The notes under the pieces were generated by a model. It did not search any database, had not been told where the DNA came from, and worked only from the letters and a program-made list of their open reading frames with translations. A DNA stretch of 64,000 nt from the human T2T-CHM13v2.0 reference genome, Homo sapiens. The stretch lies in assembly GCF_009914755.1 (NCBI RefSeq), contig NC_060929.1. One strand, given 5' to 3'. The translations under genes and the position numbers were made by a program. Shown one piece after another: positions 29,436 to 42,823 of this stretch (position 1 is the first letter of the stretch; every line of letters begins with the position of its first letter).

Positions 29436-30231
29436 CTAGTTTTCCTTTTTAATCATATACAAAGTATGAATGTTTCTAAAGAGGATCTTTCAGTCCTCTA
29501 GATTATTAACCTGAATTCTTAGTACCCGACTTAGTGGGTCCTTTACATCCTAGATAGTCTGATGTGATGAGAAGGCTCAGGAAGGTCACTGTCAGCCTGT
29601 AGGAGTGTCCATTGCCACCCCAGCATACCCCAGAATAGAGAGCTATCTGTGGAAAACCACACAATACTCCAGAGAGGAAACCCATGCCTACTTGGTATTC
29701 CCATCATCTACCATAACATAAAATAAAAGTTTTTTATTCTCTAATGATAGCCCATTATAAGTCTCCCACATTTTTAGGTGTGGCTGCCTAGTCTAGTGCC
29801 ATTTCAATTCAGTAGGCTCTTTTTTTTCGATGCCTACTGTATACAAACCAGAGCAGGCATTTCAAGACTATAAAGATCAAAGAGGAAAATAAAAGCTCTG
29901 GCCGCATGTGTAACTTTCACTGTCCACAGCCTGAGATTAGTGGGGAGGACCGTCTTAATACAGGTGACCCTGGATGTTCATGAAGGCCGCTGTGCCTTGA
30001 CCTGGGGAGTGCTGCTCCATGACAGGATTTCTCCAGATGCCGAAATAGAGCGTGACTGGAAATGTTTAAAAGAAAACCATGACTTCATCCTTTAATGAGA
30101 GCTTCTCTATAAAACAGTGAAACTAATCCCAAAGCATAGAACAGTGCCTGGTCCATTAAAAGTGCTCAATAAGTAGTAATTAATCAACTAACCAATCAGT
30201 GGGTTTAGTTACATTTAATGTTTAAATGTTT

Positions 30232-30308
30232 TCATTTGTTTTGTTTTTTATATTTCCTGTAAAACATGACCAGCTGACTTTCTCTATTATTGTGCGTATC
30301 CTGTTTAA
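30232..30308 (+). repeat. 77-bp dispersed duplicate, copy A
   Basis: 73/77 identical to 39067-39143. Confidence 0.92.
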
Positions 30309-31189
30309 ATGTTACTAATTACAATTGTTTAAGAACCACACTCTTAGGCTAAGATGCAGATGGGGGCCGTGGGTTGGGTTGGAATATGCCAAGTGAACCT
30401 CCTACCTTGGTTAGTAAATTAAATCCACACCTTTATATAGGTACAAATTCTTACATATTATGGAACTTCACACTACCCACCAGCAGGTTAAATTGCAAGT
30501 GTTGTGTCCTAGCAGTCAGTGATCTACTATAGAACTATGCTTTTATTTGTAATGCAGCTAGTTGTTCATGGTTCAGTAAGCTAGAGAAGTCCTGGCATTA
30601 TTGAAGAGAGTCCTTTTAAAAGAGGTAAAACAAGTTATCCATGGATCAGCCAAGATTTGTGATGGGCCGCTTCTCCCATATCTGAACTGGGTTTAATGTG
30701 AAAATTAGTCGTGTTTCCTCTCCCTTCCTTAGACAGCTGCCTCGTTGAGTAAGACAGATGAAGGCCATTAAAATAATTGCAACTAACTGCTGCACTGTGC
30801 TTACTGTCTTCAAAGGATCTTTTATTTACTTTTCTCTGGTGATCTTCACAAGTCAGTGAGCTAGATAAGGGTTATTAGTAGCCACATTTTACAGCTGAAG
30901 AAACTGGACCAAATAAAGGCTAAGTGGCTTCCCAAGGTCACAGCAGCTGGGAGCAGAACAGGGCAGTTGCCCAGGATCCCTGGCTGGGCTACTTTTGCTC
31001 AGTCACCCACTGCTCCCTTTCTCACAGCTGCCCACCATCGTCTTGTGCTTTGTAGTTTACAAGGCTCTTCCAGATGCTTTTACCAGATTTGGTCTTCTCT
31101 ATAACACTCGAGAAGTACACAGAGGAAGTGATATCATCTCATTATGTGCATTATCCAACTACTTTTTTTTTCCCCTCCATTTTCATCAG

Positions 31190-31273
31190 GCAAAAGCTAA
31201 AGAAGAAAAACTAGAGAAGTGTGGTGAGGATGATGAAACAATCCCATCTGAGTACAGATTAAAACCAGCCACG
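31190..31273 (+). CDS. CAST: CAST exon 15, domain 2 subdomain B ([28 protein letters not shown])
   Basis: atcag|GCA...ACG|gtaaat; 84 nt. Confidence 0.97.
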
Positions 31274-32192
31274 GTAAATTTTTAGCCACAGTGCATGACA
31301 ACAGCATCTTGCCTTTGCATCTTGTTTTGTTGTATCTGTACCCTTGACATTGTCAAAGGACATGTCTGTCCCCCATTCAGATATTAACTCTGAAAACCCT
31401 GAACCTTTTTTTCTCTGCTCCCTACAGTTAGACCCCTTGAGGGATGGTTTGTCCCTGCCTGGCTTCCTAAGTAGTGACCATGTGTTCATTTAAATTCCCA
31501 CAGATTTAAATGTTTCGTTTATTAACAGTTCTTACAATAGATCCTAAAACTCAGAAGGAACAATTTGGGGATAATTTCTTTTCTAACTGCTATATGGATA
31601 AAAGCACCATAGGTCTTCTGAGGGGTAGATATGAATGTACGAGGGTTTACCAGTATCCTAAGTGAAGGTGGTTTTGTTGCTGTTGTTTTTGATTATGGTG
31701 AGGATGGTAGACTAACTCCTGTCATTACATTTGTCATTTACTTTTGAAATCATGCATATAAACACATGTTGGAAAATAGTTACAATTCTAAGTTATGAAA
31801 CCTCATATCCAAAAAAACTAAACCGTGTTATAGGAATGATATCCACCTCTTCACTCTAGGTTGGAGAATTGGGGTTTTTTAAAAGCTTCGATTAACATAG
31901 CTACATCTTTATTGCCAAAGAACTTTTTTTTCCTATTACTCTACCCAACAGATTAAAAACATTTTTAATAACTTAAAGTAAATGTGCATTCTGCTTGGTA
32001 ACATCTCGATTTTTATAGCTCAACTCCTTTTTTTATACTTTATAAAAAGTAAATCTGAAACACAAACTCATGTAAATCTAAGAAAAAAATTAGCTGACAT
32101 TTCATATCCTGGAATTCCCAGAAACAAACTTGATGGGACATGAAAGCAAAATTTTCTATTTCATTTCCAATGAATTTTAATTTCATTTACAG

Positions 32193-32240
32193 GATAAAGA
32201 TGGAAAACCACTATTGCCAGAGCCTGAAGAAAAACCCAAG
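32193..32240 (+). CDS. CAST: CAST exon 16 (DKDGKPLLPEPEEKPK)
   Basis: acag|GAT...AAG|gttagg; 48 nt. Confidence 0.95.
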
Positions 32241-32604
32241 GTTAGGAAATACATTTTTTTCTGATACTTAAAGAACAATAGACATGTAAAGTATGAATTA
32301 AGATAATTTTGACAGTCTGGAATTCACTGTGCAGACTTGCATGCTAACCTAGTACAGAGGAAAGGGGAACTTCTGATGGTAACACTTGGCTGATACCTGT
32401 AGCTCCTTTCCATATATTTTAAAGATGATCTTCCTCATAAATCATTACTAGACTATAAATTTCTAGGTAAAATTTATTGCACACTAGAAACTGATGTCAA
32501 GAGGGCCCTTAAGTCAGATTAAGCTAGCACTTAGAGTTCCATCCTGATCAAATTCTCTAATGATTCTATTTTGCCTTAAGTTGGTAGTAACCTGTCACAT
32601 ACAA

Positions 32605-32860
32605 TCAGCAACATTTATTAATCGCTTGCTATGCACCTGGCACTGCACCAAATGCTTTTTGGATATTATCTTTGTGAGTCCTCAATGAATGAGGACGGTA
32701 CTGTTATTATTCCCATTTTACAGTGAGGAAATTGAGACACAGAGGGCCTATGTAAATAGCCCAAGGTCAAGGGGCTATAAAATAGCAAGCCAAGCCCAGG
32801 ACTTAGAACTCAGGCTGTCTGGTCTGAGTCCCAGCGTCTGAATCACATGCCCTTCTATCA
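32605..32860 (-). mobile_element. MIR
   Basis: attcccattttacagtgaggaaattgagacacagag...cccaaggtca. Confidence 0.75.
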
Positions 32861-33365
32861 TGTTACTGTTGTTAGTGACAATCTCCACATGCCCTAAACT
32901 AATACCACTCTCCTGAAAGAACAAGGGGTAGCAGAACTTTGCTGCCAAAATCCTGCATAATCATAGAAACGGAGTATATCATCCGTGTTTTGACTTATTC
33001 AGAAGAGAAGTCATGAGGAAATAGGAAAATAATAATCACATTTAAAAAAATTATACAGATCTTCATTGTAGAGAACAGGCAATTTTATTTGAACAAAATT
33101 CTTCTGAAACTGAAACATCAAGGGAATGTTTGACCAAATAAACCATTAATACTTTGGTCCTGAGGTGTTTAGTATTTCTTAATTGTTTCATGAAAATTTT
33201 ATCTTAACGTTGATAAATGAAAAAATATGCCCTTTATAAATTAGCTTTGGGTGTTAAGTATGGCCTCATATGTGTTAATCAGGAAAAAAATTGCTCCATG
33301 AAAACTTTTTTTTTACAAAATAAAAAAGAGTCCCCTTGTAATATACAGCACTTCTTATATTACAG

Positions 33366-33461
33366 CCTCGGAGTGAATCAGAACTCATTGATGAACTTTC
33401 AGAAGATTTTGACCGGTCTGAATGTAAAGAGAAACCATCTAAGCCAACTGAAAAGACAGAA
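33366..33461 (+). CDS. CAST: CAST exon 17, domain 2 subdomain C ([15 protein letters not shown]...KTE)
   Basis: acag|CCT...GAA|gtatgt; 96 nt. Confidence 0.96.
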
Positions 33462-34378
33462 GTATGTTTCTAAACATATAAATCTCTAGTTTTGAGGTTT
33501 GTGATCTTAAAAAAAAATTGTGAGACAGACTGTTTTAGCATCAAGCAGTCTGTTAGAAAGCCCAATATGCCATCGTTTTTTCCATGTCATTTTTGTCTTC
33601 CTTTTTGGATGTGCTTTCTGCCCCAACCTAACCCTGATATTCTTGCAATTGAAGTCCTGCAATGACTCCTTCGGAAAGCTCTGGAACCCATGCCTTCCTT
33701 CTTATCCCAGCTTCTGTAACTGACCTGATTGGAACTGTCACCACCCCTCCCCTCTGGGTTGCAGTGGCCTTTCTGCAGTCTCCTTCATGTCCGCCGGACT
33801 CATTCTTTCTCAAGCATGTCTGTAGTTATGTCATTCCTCTGCTTCTATCCCCAGGAGTTTCCCATCCCTACAAAAAAAAGTTCCTATTACCATATTCTTG
33901 ACCCAGTTTTCTTTCCTACCAAACTGTGTCCCTGTGTCAGTAAACAGAACAATAAGTATGTGTGCATCCCTGGCTTTTCTCACTTGGTTCCTCTGTCTTG
34001 ATTGACCTTTCTTTCTAATGCTAGATCAACTAAAGTCTTACTCATCTTTTCAAGGCTCTGCTGAAATATGGCTTTATCTGCTGCTTTTCCCTCCCTAAGC
34101 TATATCCATCCAACCTTTATTAAGCAGAACACAACATGGCAGAGGATCTGTAGTTCTTTTTTTATATATCACTATTAAAGCCTTTGTTACAAAGAAGAGT
34201 TTAGCTGTTTTAGTCCCTCTTTAACTCTAACATTTATGCCAAGTTTAAATGGGTAGTAAGTTCCTTGAACGAAGAGATCATATCCTATTAATGACCATCT
34301 GCTGAGCACCTTGCATATAGGATAGGCTTCCATAAAAGTCTAGATTTAAAACAATTTGTTTAAAGGTTTGCTTCTGTT

Positions 34379-34693
34379 CTTTTTGTTTGTTTGTTTTGTT
34401 TTGTTTTTTCTTGAGATAGGGTCTCACTCTCTCTCCCAGCTGGGAGTGTAGTGGCACAGTCTTGGCTCACTCCAGCCTCAATCTTCCAGGCCCAAGCAAT
34501 TCTCTCGCCTCAGCCTCCTGAGTAGCTGAGACTACAGGTGCATGCCACCATGCCTGGCTAATTTTTATATTTTCTGCAGAGCTGGGGTTTGGCCATGTTG
34601 CCCAGGCTGATTCAAACTCCTGGACTCCAGTGATCCACCCTCCTTGGCCTCCCAAAGTGCTGGGATCACAGGCATGAGCCACCACACCCAGCC
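34379..34693 (-). mobile_element. Alu (AluJ-like)
   Basis: reverse Alu consensus with GTTT-type tail. Confidence 0.9.
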
Positions 34694-34728
34694 TTGAAAC
34701 TTTATTCTTGTGATAAAATAAGATGGGA

Positions 34729-34907
34729 CAGTGGTTCTCAAACTTTAGCATGCATCAGGATCATCTGGAGAGTTTTTTTTTAAACACAGGCTGCTAGACT
34801 CTACCCCCAAAGTTTCTTAGTACATGGGGCAGGGGTCTAAGAATCCGCATTTCTAGGTTCCCTTATGGTGCTGAGGCTGTTAGTTCAGGGATTACACTTC
34901 CAAAACT
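34729..34907. mobile_element. MER5A-like hAT DNA transposon relic
   Basis: cagtggttctcaaactttagcatgcatcag...gcatttcta...cacactt-type ends. Confidence 0.7.
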
Positions 34908-35434
34908 TGTGGCTTATTACTACTACCTTCCATTCCTACATAGCTGTATATAAAGTGCTCTTAGGTTTATATAAATACAATATTTTACATAATGCTATAT
35001 TACATAATAGGCATATTTGTTATACATAATGACAAATAAATAATAGAAATAATAGCAATAATTGCTCAAATGTATTGAGCTAACTGTGTTCCCAGGTACT
35101 ATGCATAGCACTTTGCCTGCATTGTCTTATATAGGCCTCTTACCAACCCTTCAGATGTGGATACTGTCATTGTTCTCATTTTACACATGTGGAAACTCAG
35201 TTTCACGAGTTTCAGTAACCTGCCTAAGGTGAGAAGTAAAACCAAGTTGAAAAAAATGGCAGCTGAAGAGTTTTAGCATGCTTTGACTTATTTACTATTT
35301 AGCAATCCTTAGGTATTCAAGAGAATCATGTTCACACCATATAATGTAGCGGAGTGTCTTGTTGGTCTACCATTACTCAGTCTTATTAACCAAATATTTC
35401 TAAACTTATTGAGAGTACTTGTGTCTTTCCTCAG

Positions 35435-35530
35435 GAATCTAAGGCCGCTGCTCCAGCTCCTGTGTCGGAGGCTGTGTGTCGGACCTCCATGTGTAGTATA
35501 CAGTCAGCACCCCCTGAGCCGGCTACCTTG
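35435..35530 (+). CDS. CAST: CAST exon 18 ([20 protein letters not shown]...ATL)
   Basis: ctcag|GAA...TTG|gtgagt; 96 nt; includes Cys408 by my residue count. Confidence 0.96.
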
Positions 35531-37394
35531 GTGAGTGACTCCCTGGGCATTTGAGCAGTGGCTTGAGAAAGTTTTCTGCCTCCTCCTGTCACTCTCTGCT
35601 GTGTATTACCATCATTTTATCTTATCCTGACAAATTAAAAATAAAATCTGATATCATTATAGTATCTGTTGTTTCTTTGGGCTTCAGGGGTGTCGTAGAA
35701 ATTCAGACTAAGATTTAAATTTTTAATTAAATTACTCCCAACTGTATTTTTCTCTACTCTTCTGAAATTCTAGTTCCTCAGCTATTGTGGATAATCCTGC
35801 CTTTTCACTTCTCTGCATCTTTTAAGCCTATATGGATTTCCACCGAAAGCCCAAAGTTACTTTTTTACTGACTTTCCTGGTAGAATAACATGCAGTAAAA
35901 TCATTATGATTCCTCCCCACTCTTCCCACTGCAGGAGGTGAAACTGACTCAATTTCTTTCTCTTTCCTTCTTCTTTTCGTGCTTCTCTCTCACTTTCTAA
36001 TTTTCACATGAAGTATGATATTTAAGAAGGTGAATCTTTGTTTCCTTTTGATTTTAGTGTTTTTTTTTCCATTAGTTAATGATTGAATTTGACTCAGGGA
36101 ATAACATCTGATGGAATTATATTTCAATTGTATTTCATTACTACAGAATTAGCACATCTTCCCTCTGAACACCTACCTTTCATCATCTGCTGTGCCATTG
36201 CTCTAGATGTTTTGCAATGTCTTCTCATTAAATTTTCACAAGGACACTATGAAGTCTGTCCTGATCATCTTCCTGTAATAGATAAGGGAAATGAGGCTTT
36301 GAGTTGACCTTGATCCACTTGATATTTCAGAGCCTCAGTTGAGATGAAAGATATGGCCCCTGCTCTCAGCTGTCTTCAAGACTAGTGTGGATATGAGCCC
36401 TCCCCAGTTTTTTGGGGTTTCAGGGTACTCTTCAGGTACTTTTTACAGCATGTGTGCTAGGCCACAGTGGTAAAGAACCGGAGAGGAGGAGGGACTCTAG
36501 GAGGACTCTGGTGAAGAAAGCAGGCAAAGAGGCTGTGATTGGAGTCAAAACAACAATAGCCAGCATTCCCCAGTAGAACTCTTGTAACCAAAACCTGCAC
36601 CTGCACCACCTGCCTCATCTGCCAAGTGTGACTGCCCGGGCTTTAGAGGGCTCAATTCCTTTTCAACTTTACCCTGACTGTAGAGCTGAGCATTGGATTG
36701 TTAGAAAGCAGACAAACCAGAACAAAACAAAAAGCTCTTGTTTTCCCTTTCCCCGTCCTCCTTTCCAGGGCCTTAACCCCACCAACTCTGGCCATGGTTG
36801 CCCAGGTTACTGTCACTGAGGCAGTTGGCATTTCTGGGATTGTGACACCCTCGAACGCCAGAAAGAATAGCTGTAGAGTGTAATAAAGGTCAGAGGACTC
36901 AAGAAAGGCATGAAGATTAGAGAGTAAAGGAAGACAGACCAGAGGAAGGAGATGAATGCGTTCCCTAGGTGGTTCTTGTGTGTATAAAAGAAAATTTATT
37001 AAGGAAACCCAGAGACCTGAGTTGTAGTTGTGAATTTGATAATATCAAATACTACAGAAATAGAAGTTTTAGTCCTTACTCCTGTTTCCAGATTCCTTTG
37101 TTCTTAAGTCTGCTTCTTCTCCTAGGTTTTCTTTAACTGTTTCAGTAATTTCTTAAGCAAGAGGTTGGCAAAGGGCACAGGTTTGGGGAAGCAGTGGTTT
37201 CCAAAGATTCTGTAGCATAGAGTATGAGAAAACAGAATTGTAGTGTGAGCAGGTGTCTTAAATCATGTAGCAACTCACATTGCTTGCATAAGACTTGGGT
37301 ACCAGTGCAACTCTTGATATCCTTGATTAGAGTGTTGCAACTCTTAATACTTAATACTTAATTTAGGTATAATCCCAAACAGGTTAGAAACCTC

Positions 37395-37399
<5 letters not shown>

Positions 37400-37429
<30 letters not shown>
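37400..37429 (+). repeat. T30 homopolymer
   Basis: direct read. Confidence 0.95.
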
Positions 37430-37430
<1 letters not shown>

Positions 37431-37462
37431 GTAGCTCTTGGGAATAAAACCCATGCAGTATT

Positions 37463-37481
37463 CAGCCACTAGGTGGTGCTA
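37463..37481 (+). promoter_or_regulatory. Candidate CTCF site
   Basis: CAGCCACTAGGTGGTGCTA is close to the CTCF core consensus CCACYAGRKGGCRC. Confidence 0.55.
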
Positions 37482-37793
37482 AATCACTTTTCTTTGGTGA
37501 TCTTTCCTTTTGCAGTGCAGTTTATCAGAAAAACAGCTTTTCTTACTTGAAATCATGGCTAAAATATAAAACAGAAATACAGTTTTACTCTAAAATTTTA
37601 ATAGGTGCTCATTGTGAGGTCAGAGATTTTAATAATAAGATTAAACTCTGAGATTGTTTGACCCAAGGCCTTTTACATTTTTGTTTGACCAAGACCAACA
37701 GTGGGAAATTCATTGATATTGCAACCCCATCCCCATACACTGGAAGCAACAGTTTAAAGAATAGTATTTATCCCTTCTATGTATGATGCATTT

Positions 37794-37796
<3 letters not shown>

Positions 37797-37826
<30 letters not shown>
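37797..37826 (+). repeat. (AC)15 microsatellite
   Basis: direct read. Confidence 0.95.
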
Positions 37827-37829
<3 letters not shown>

Positions 37830-37833
37830 TACA

Positions 37834-38134
37834 TTTTTTTTTTTTTGAGGCAGAGTCTCGTTCTGTCATCCAGGTTGGACTGCAATGGCATGATCTCGGC
37901 TCACTGCAACCTCAACCTCCTGAGGTCAAGCAATCCTCCCACCTCAGCCTCTTGAGGAGATGGGACTACAGGCATGCACCATCATGCCTGGCTAATTTTT
38001 AAAAACTTTTTGTAAAGATGGGATCTCACTGTGTTGCCCCGGCTGGTCTCAAACTCCTGAGCTCAAACAATCTTCCTGCCTTGGCCTCCCAAAATGCTGT
38101 GATGGATTACAGGTGTGAGCCACTGTGCCTGGTC
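37834..38134 (-). mobile_element. Alu (AluJ-like)
   Basis: reverse Alu consensus with poly(T). Confidence 0.9.
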
Positions 38135-38894
38135 CTGTTCTCTTCATTAAAAAAGAAAAGTCCTGGCCATGAACCATTAAGTTGATTCTTATGACCTACT
38201 AATGTACAGACGATTCCCTTTATTTTCCCTTGACACCATTCATCCTCTGTGTTCACCAGTGTGATTTTAAATACCAGCATGGCCAGAGTTCATTACATTT
38301 GGGGGAGTACATTTCATTTTGAACAATCGGACCACAGGTAGACAGTTCTCACTGTGCCATTCAGGTTAGTTGGTCACAGGCAGAGTCATCAGAACCAGCC
38401 CTGAAACTCCTTTGGTCAGTAGAAGCCCTGTGGAGAAAACAGGCTTCCGAGCCTCCTCTTCTGAGACAAGCCAGGCTGTCCCACAGGAAATGGAGAGGAA
38501 TGGCCTCTTGTGGGCTCTCTGAAAATCTTTCCTGTGCCGTCTATGGAATGATCTCCATAAAGACCACGTCTTTCTTTTTTCCTGGTATGCAACTTATCTG
38601 TGATACACCTCAGTCCATTGTCTTTCTTATTTCTAAACCAACTCTGGGTCAGGTCTCGTAAGTTTCACATTATCAACATATAATTTGCACACAATGTTTA
38701 ATATAAGAAATTTGCTCGAATGTTAAACGTTTTGTTTTTTAAACATAGATTCTAATTCAGTTGATAACTCGAGTTATTAAAAGATAGCATGTGCCTTTTA
38801 TCTGAAATAATGATATGCCTTTCTGAATTGATAGCATATGTTTTAAAGGGAGTGATTAACCACCTACTTAATATATCCACTAATGCACTTTCAG

Positions 38895-38996
38895 AAGGGC
38901 ACAGTGCCAGATGATGCTGTAGAAGCCTTGGCTGATAGCCTGGGGAAAAAGGAAGCAGATCCAGAAGATGGAAAACCTGTGATGGATAAAGTCAAG
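38895..38996 (+). CDS. CAST: CAST exon 19, domain 3 subdomain A ([17 protein letters not shown]...DKVK)
   Basis: ttcag|AAG...AAG|gtaatg; 102 nt. Confidence 0.96.
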
Positions 38997-39066
38997 GTAA
39001 TGGCAACTGAGATGCTTCTGGAAAATAAATATCATTGATCACCTTCTCCCCCTGCAAATAAGTTAG

Positions 39067-39143
39067 TCATTTGTTTTGTTTTTTATATTTCCTGTAAAAC
39101 ATGACCGGCTGGCTTTTTCTATTATTGTGCATATCCTGTTTAA
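39067..39143 (+). repeat. 77-bp dispersed duplicate, copy B
   Basis: 73/77 identical to 30232-30308. Confidence 0.92.
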
Positions 39144-39492
39144 TAAGCTAAACCTGAATAAGCTGCAGTGTTGAACCCCCACAGTGGATGGTCGACATGC
39201 ACAGACCGGAGGCCTCTGAGTCTCATCTTTGCCCACCTGCATTGACATTGCTGGGACTTGGGAAGGAAGGGGCAGCTGCCTGCTGCTCCTCACAGCTGTC
39301 TTGCATCCCAGCAGGCTTTCTGCTGGTGCCTGAGTCTGCCAGATGAAGTTGCTGTAGGAGCACTAAGCATACGGTCATATGTACTTCCTAACCTAATGAT
39401 AGATTTGTTTACCTCAAATCTAGTCACTCAGGCATGAATTTTATGGAGAGAAAAAAACATGCTAACAATGAAAATGGTATAATTTTTCTCAG

Positions 39493-39576
39493 GAGAAGGC
39501 CAAAGAAGAAGACCGTGAAAAGCTTGGTGAAAAAGAAGAAACAATTCCTCCTGATTATAGATTAGAAGAGGTCAAG
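39493..39576 (+). CDS. CAST: CAST exon 20, domain 3 subdomain B ([28 protein letters not shown])
   Basis: ctcag|GAG...AAG|gtaaac; 84 nt. Confidence 0.97.
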
Positions 39577-39893
39577 GTAAACAGGCTGGAGTCTTTTTCT
39601 ATTTTATTTTAATTCATACTGAATTCATACACAGAACAAAGGTACTTGGGAACAGAACTGGAATATAAAGATCTTGTTTCTTCATATTTCAAACACCAAA
39701 TAGTATTAGTCTACTACTAATAGTGTTAGAACACCAGATACAAAGCTAAAATATTCCTAAGTAGACTTGATCCTCAAGTGAAAGAAATCTAATGTCTAAG
39801 CTACCTAATGTTTTCCTTTCTAACCCACAGCTTGTTACAATACCAGAAATATTAAAAAACCTTGTGTAGATAGGAGAACTAAAATGAGGAATA

Positions 39894-40272
<379 letters not shown>

Positions 40273-41253
40273 CTATTTAACATTGAGTATAGTGTTAAGT
40301 TGCCCCATTTCTTCTATTTTGAAAGTACAGATTGTACACAACAAGGGGGAAGACCCCATTATGAGTCCTGTGGTTTAAGTGCAGTCACTTAAATGAGGCG
40401 GATTCGTGGACAGTTGAACAATGTCAGTCATCTTTGTAGCAGGCCAGGATTTGAAAGAGTATTCAACTAAACTTCATTAACAATTCTAGAAAATCAAATT
40501 CATGCTTCTCACTCATCCATGTGCACTAGCCCATTTATTTAGCAGACACGGGAACTAGACTGAACTATCCGTGATTGAAAGTTTATTATTCTGGAAACCT
40601 TTATATTTGCTTCCTGAGTTTTACAATTCAGTTGCAGCCATAGCGTTTCTATTAATTTGGGCTCATTTGTACATTGCTTTGCAAAGTTCCTAGAGAGCAT
40701 GCTAAGGGCCACATGTTCTGTCTCCACTGAGTGCCCATTCAGTAGAGGCTGGTCAAGTGCAGGTAAACTCTCTTCATGATAGGTGATTGGTTGGTGATTT
40801 GCTCTCTCCCTTTACTGAATTTAGTAGTAGTGTTTAAGGAAGCAGTTGATTCACAGTCCCTGATCACTTTATTCTGTAGTCATTTCATCCTCCTCTGACT
40901 TACCTCACACGTTATTAGTTACCTATTAATAACATTTTCAGGCACTAGCTTCATCTCATTTAAATCCTATGTTGGTATTCACCAGCTATGTTCCCATCAG
41001 GTCTCCTCAGTGAGATTTGGCTCCCCGAGGGCAGGCCACAACCTCCCCTTCCAGACGCAGAATGACGCAGTGATGGAAAATCGATTTCAGTTTGAGTAGG
41101 GAGCAAAAGTGCTCCCAGAGTCCCAGGCATCACTTAGGAAATTTTCTGCCTTTACAGCTAAGAGATGGTGGAGAACAAGCCCAGGTTCAGCTTTCCCCTG
41201 TACCTGAAGAATGGTCAGAAGGCAAAAGTCAGTCATGAGGGAAACAGGTGATC

Positions 41254-41483
41254 CAAGTTGAATATCCCTCATCTGACATGCCTGGGGACCAGAACTGTTT
41301 CAGATTTCAGACTTTTCTGGATTTTGGAATATTTGCCTCGTATCTGTTGAGCAGCCCTAGTCTGAAAATCCAAAATGCCCCCGTGAGCATTTCCTTTGAG
41401 TTGTCAGGTCAGCACTCAAAAAGTTTCAAATTTTGGAGCATTTAAATTGTTTTCAGATTTTCAGATTAGGGATACTCAACTTG
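41254..41483. mobile_element. Tigger4/Zombi-like non-autonomous DNA transposon
   Basis: terminal inverted repeats caagttgaatatccct / agggatactcaacttg followed by TA. Confidence 0.8.
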
Positions 41484-42278
41484 TACCTCTAAACCATTGC
41501 ACTTCACATTTTCAATGAAACAAAAACCAACCTTAACCAGTTTCTCAGGTGAAATATTCATATATATGTATATCTTTGTATTTACTTATTTTTGTGTAGG
41601 TGGATAAATGGGATTTACTATTAGTATATAGATCTCCTTTTACTAAAGAGCCCCGCATGCTTTCTTCATTTTGTCGTGTTACTCAAATGTGGCACTTGGA
41701 GTCATAAACAGCTTGACCTAATCTGAACCATAAGTTGCAGAGCGTTTCACTGACAGGTTAAACTCCCTGAGGGCAAGGCCTTTGTGCGATTTTCTGTTGT
41801 ATTGCCAATGCTTACTTAGGTCAGGGCTTGGCATGTAGTCCTTGCATATGAGTTAGATGTGTGGCTTACAAGGTTAACCAGCATTTTCCAGACAACCTCT
41901 ACAAAGCCCACCCCCATGTAGGTAAAGGGCTTATCCCACACTGTCCTGCAAACCCCAGTCACAGCACCACATACCACACTATGCTGACTTTCACGTTTTC
42001 CTGCTGTGATAGTCTCTAGGCTTCTGAGGTCACAAGCCATACCTCATCCAGTGTGCAGCCCCCGTGACTCAGGAATGCCTGGTGCTTGTGAGCTGTTTGT
42101 TGCCATGAACTAATTAGAGCGTATTCTCTGGTGAGAGAATCCTTCGTGACATGATGGATCTAATTTAAAATGTACAACAGCAAGTATAACCTGTAGACCC
42201 TTTGTAATGTTTACAAGGTTTCATACTTTGGATAAAATGTAAAATGATTTCATGCCATGTGTTTTCCCCCCCGGATAG

Positions 42279-42329
42279 GATAAAGATGGAAAGCCACTCC
42301 TGCCAAAAGAGTCTAAGGAACAGCTTCCA
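42279..42329 (+). CDS. CAST: CAST exon 21 (DKDGKPLLPKESKEQLP)
   Basis: atag|GAT...CCA|gtaagc; 51 nt. Confidence 0.95.
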
Positions 42330-42417
42330 GTAAGCAAACCAGTTTTCTCTGAAGATATCTTTTCCTTTTGGCCCTGATTGCAATGGTGTTTGTTGATACA
42401 TTTCCTGGTTCTTGCAG

Positions 42418-42489
42418 CCCATGAGTGAAGACTTCCTTCTGGATGCTTTGTCTGAGGACTTCTCTGGTCCACAAAATGCTTCATCTCTT
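42418..42489 (+). CDS. CAST: CAST exon 22, domain 3 subdomain C ([24 protein letters not shown])
   Basis: tgcag|CCC...CTT|gtaagt; 72 nt; preceded by an 88-nt intron. Confidence 0.96.
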
Positions 42490-42522
42490 GTAAGTCCAAA
42501 ACTCTTGGTTTTATTTCTTTAG

Positions 42523-42823
42523 TTTTTTTTTTTTTTTTCCTTTGAGATGGAGTCTTGCTCTGTCATCCAGGTGGGAGTACAGTGGTGCCATCTTCAGTCA
42601 CCGCAACCTCCACCTTCCAGATTCAAGCGATTCTCCTGCCCCAGCCTCCTGAGTAGCTGGGACTACAGGGGTGCACCACCACACCCAGCTAATTTTTGTA
42701 TTTTTAGTAGAGACGGGCTTTCACCATGCTGGCCAGGCTGGTGTCAGTCTCCTAACCTCATGATCCGCCCACCTCGGCCTCTGAAAGTGCTTGGATTACA
42801 GGCATGAGCCACCGCGCCTGGCC
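42523..42823 (-). mobile_element. AluS
   Basis: reverse Alu; TSD tatttctttagtttt at 42512 and 42824. Confidence 0.93.
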
